From Myxococcota bacterium (GTDB lineage: Bacteria > Myxococcota_A > UBA9042 > PHBI01 > JAWLBL01), in contig JAWLBL010000001.1 of the NCBI GenBank assembly GCA_041687695.1, positions 195,361-259,360 of the forward strand: DNA of 64,000 nt, read 5' to 3'. Position 1 is the first letter of the stretch, and every line of letters starts with the position of its first letter. Of this stretch, positions 62,317 to 64,000 are shown in pieces. The translations under genes were made by a program, and so were the position numbers. The notes under the pieces are model-generated. The model saw only the letters and a list, made by a program, of their open reading frames with translations, made no database searches and had not been told where the DNA came from.

Positions 62317-63590
62317 AGCCGCACCCCCAGCTCGACGGCGAAGAAGAGGACGCTGCCGTCGTGGGTGACCGACGGGTAGCCGGGGTTGGCCTCGGGGTCG
62401 GTGACCAGGGCGTCGTCCTTGACGCTGGTCCGCTCGGACAGGGCGTGCCACTGCAGGGCCAGGTCCAGGCGCAGGTCCTTCCAGGCGACGCCCAGGCCGG
62501 CGGCGGTGACCAGCCGGTCGTTGTCCAGCTGGTTGTGCAGGCCGGTCTGCTCGGGCGCCGGGGTCGGCTCGAAGGCCAGGCCGGCGCGGGGCTGCAGGGT
62601 GACCGGGCCCACCTGCCAGGTGCCCTCGCCGCCCAGGCGGGCGACCCAAGTGTCCTCGAAGCCTGGCTCGGGTTGCGGCGGGTAGCCCTCGGGGACGGCG
62701 GTGTAGACGATGGGGTTGTCGAAGGCGCTCCAGCGCTTCCAGGTCACGCCGCCGCCCAGCAGCAGCCAGGGCGCCGGGCGCGCCGAGACCTCGAGCGCCG
62801 CCTGGGCCGGGTCGTATTGGGCGGTCCCGCGGATGTCCAGGCGCGGCACGGGCAGCGGGAAGTCGTCGCCGAGATCGGCCTCCATCGGGTAGACGAAGTC
62901 GGCCCGCGACTCGTCGCGCCAGGTCAGCGACAACCCCAGGGCCTCGCTGGGCCGCACCTCGACCCCGGCGACCAGCGAGTAGCTGGCGACCAGCTGCGAG
63001 CGCACCTGCGAGCCCAGGCGCCCCGCGTCGTTGGGGGCGACCGAGATGAAGCCGTCCAGCTCGCTCAGGGCCAAAAAGCCCAGCCCGACCGACAGCCAGT
63101 CGGTCAGCCGCGCGCCCAGGGCGCCCTGCAGGCTGACGCTCTGCGCCCGGCTCTCGAGCAGGGTGAAGCTGGGGTCGCCGGGCCGCGCGATGTCGGCGAT
63201 GAGCACCGAGTTCTGCGGCAGGACGAACCCCAGCCCCAGGGTCAGCCGCCGCTCCAGGAAGCCGCCGAAGGGCAGCGGCACCCCGAACCCGACCACCGCG
63301 GCCGGCGCCGTCCGCGCGGCGCGTGGCTCACCGTTCAAGGTGAGGTCGAAGGACGCGTGCTGAAACCCCAGCGCGAAGGTCCGCTGGTCATCGAACCCCA
63401 GCCCGGCCGGGTTGTAGTAGACCGCCGCGTGCCCCCGCGCCGACGCCCCGACCGCGCCGGCCATCGCCGCCCCGCGGGCGCCGTAGCCGAACAGGTCGAC
63501 CGGGCTCGCCAGCGCTGGCGCGGGTGCGAGCACCCCCAGCCCCAGCGAGAGCGCGGTCGCGGTCGCGCCATGTGTCCCGATGCGAACCAT
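62313..63590 (-). CDS. OmpP1/FadL-family outer-membrane transporter
   Basis: GYGARGAAMAGA...AVYYNPAGL motif and a signal peptide from ATG 63590. Confidence 0.88.
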   Translation of the reverse strand: MVRIGTHGATATALSLGLGVLAPAPALASPVDLFGYGARGAAMAGAVGASARGHAAVYYNPAGLGFDDQRTFALGFQHASFDLTLNGEPRAARTAPAAVVGFGVPLPFGGFLERRLTLGLGFVLPQNSVLIADIARPGDPSFTLLESRAQSVSLQGALGARLTDWLSVGLGFLALSELDGFISVAPNDAGRLGSQVRSQLVASYSLVAGVEVRPSEALGLSLTWRDESRADFVYPMEADLGDDFPLPVPRLDIRGTAQYDPAQAALEVSARPAPWLLLGGGVTWKRWSAFDNPIVYTAVPEGYPPQPEPGFEDTWVARLGGEGTWQVGPVTLQPRAGLAFEPTPAPEQTGLHNQLDNDRLVTAAGLGVAWKDLRLDLALQWHALSERTSVKDDALVTDPEANPGYPSVTHDGSVLFFAVELGVRL

Positions 63591-63647
63591 CGGCAGTGTG
63601 CTAGCACACTTCGCAGCCGCGTCACAGGGGACCCAAGGAGGCGGCGT

Positions 63648-64000
63648 CCTGGGATCGCCGGCTTCCAGAGGCTGTCGTATGGACGCCGCCGAAGGCGGCC
63701 TTGGAGTGCTCCAGCTTGCTGGAGCCCTGATGCGGCGCAGCTTGCTGCGCCGGGACGGCGGCCATGCCCCGGCGGCAAGCCGCCGGCGTTGGGGCGCGAG
63801 CAAGCTCGCGCACTCCGAGTTGGCTCGTCGCGACACCCTCTTCCAGCCGGCCGGGAAGCTGAGGTGCGCCGCCTGGGATCGCCGGCTTCCAGAGGCTGTC
63901 CTATGGACGCCGCCGAAGGCGGCCTTGGAGTGCTCCAGCTTGCTGGAGCCCTGATGCGGCGCAGCTTGCTGCGCCGGGACGGCGGCCATGCCCCGGCGGC
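63648..64000. repeat. 224-bp tandem repeat of nested REP-like palindromes (REPIN/BIME-like), truncated at the window end
   Basis: Units start at 63648 and 63872. Each has GGAGTG-hairpin(GCTTGC) ... hairpin(GCAAGC)-CACTCC in inverted orientation, plus inner hairpins. Confidence 0.9.

Noticed and set aside
63591..63989. N-terminal extension of the FadL ORF (track start 63989)
   Set aside because: It runs through the REP-like array. The signal peptide begins at ATG 63590.

Overview
A very GC-rich, gene-dense 64-kb chromosomal segment. It most likely comes from a Myxococcota-like bacterium, an inference from DUF2330 with a MYXO-CTERM-like tail, PEGA and Ser/Thr kinase proteins, an SspB-type gene, and multiple FadL-like and TPR lipoproteins. 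About 45 genes are supportable, including copA, two diguanylate cyclases, MscS, NhaC, amrB, an RlmK-like methyltransferase and sspB-mutL-miaA. I saw no rRNA, tRNA, CRISPR, transposase, integrase or reverse transcriptase. Three systems stand out. (1) A ~0.9-kb cassette occurs twice (~23550-24448 and ~56059-56946). It carries a four-helix-bundle (TIGR02436/Avd-like) gene, a 163-nt branched hairpin with compensatory base-pair changes between the copies that has the geometry of an Frpo-type single-stranded-DNA promoter, a REP-like hairpin pair of the same design as the REP array at the window end, and a variable (CCACGG)n tail. (2) Two NTT/TLC nucleotide translocases, a cNMP-binding protein, a POTRA-less Omp85 lipoprotein and a lipoprotein with kinase-like motifs surround a 22-bp palindromic tandem array. 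(3) A VTC polyphosphate polymerase-DUF4956-HlyD/DUF3616-TolC operon looks like a tripartite polyphosphate synthesis/export machine. All functional interpretations are motif-based inference; no searches were run.
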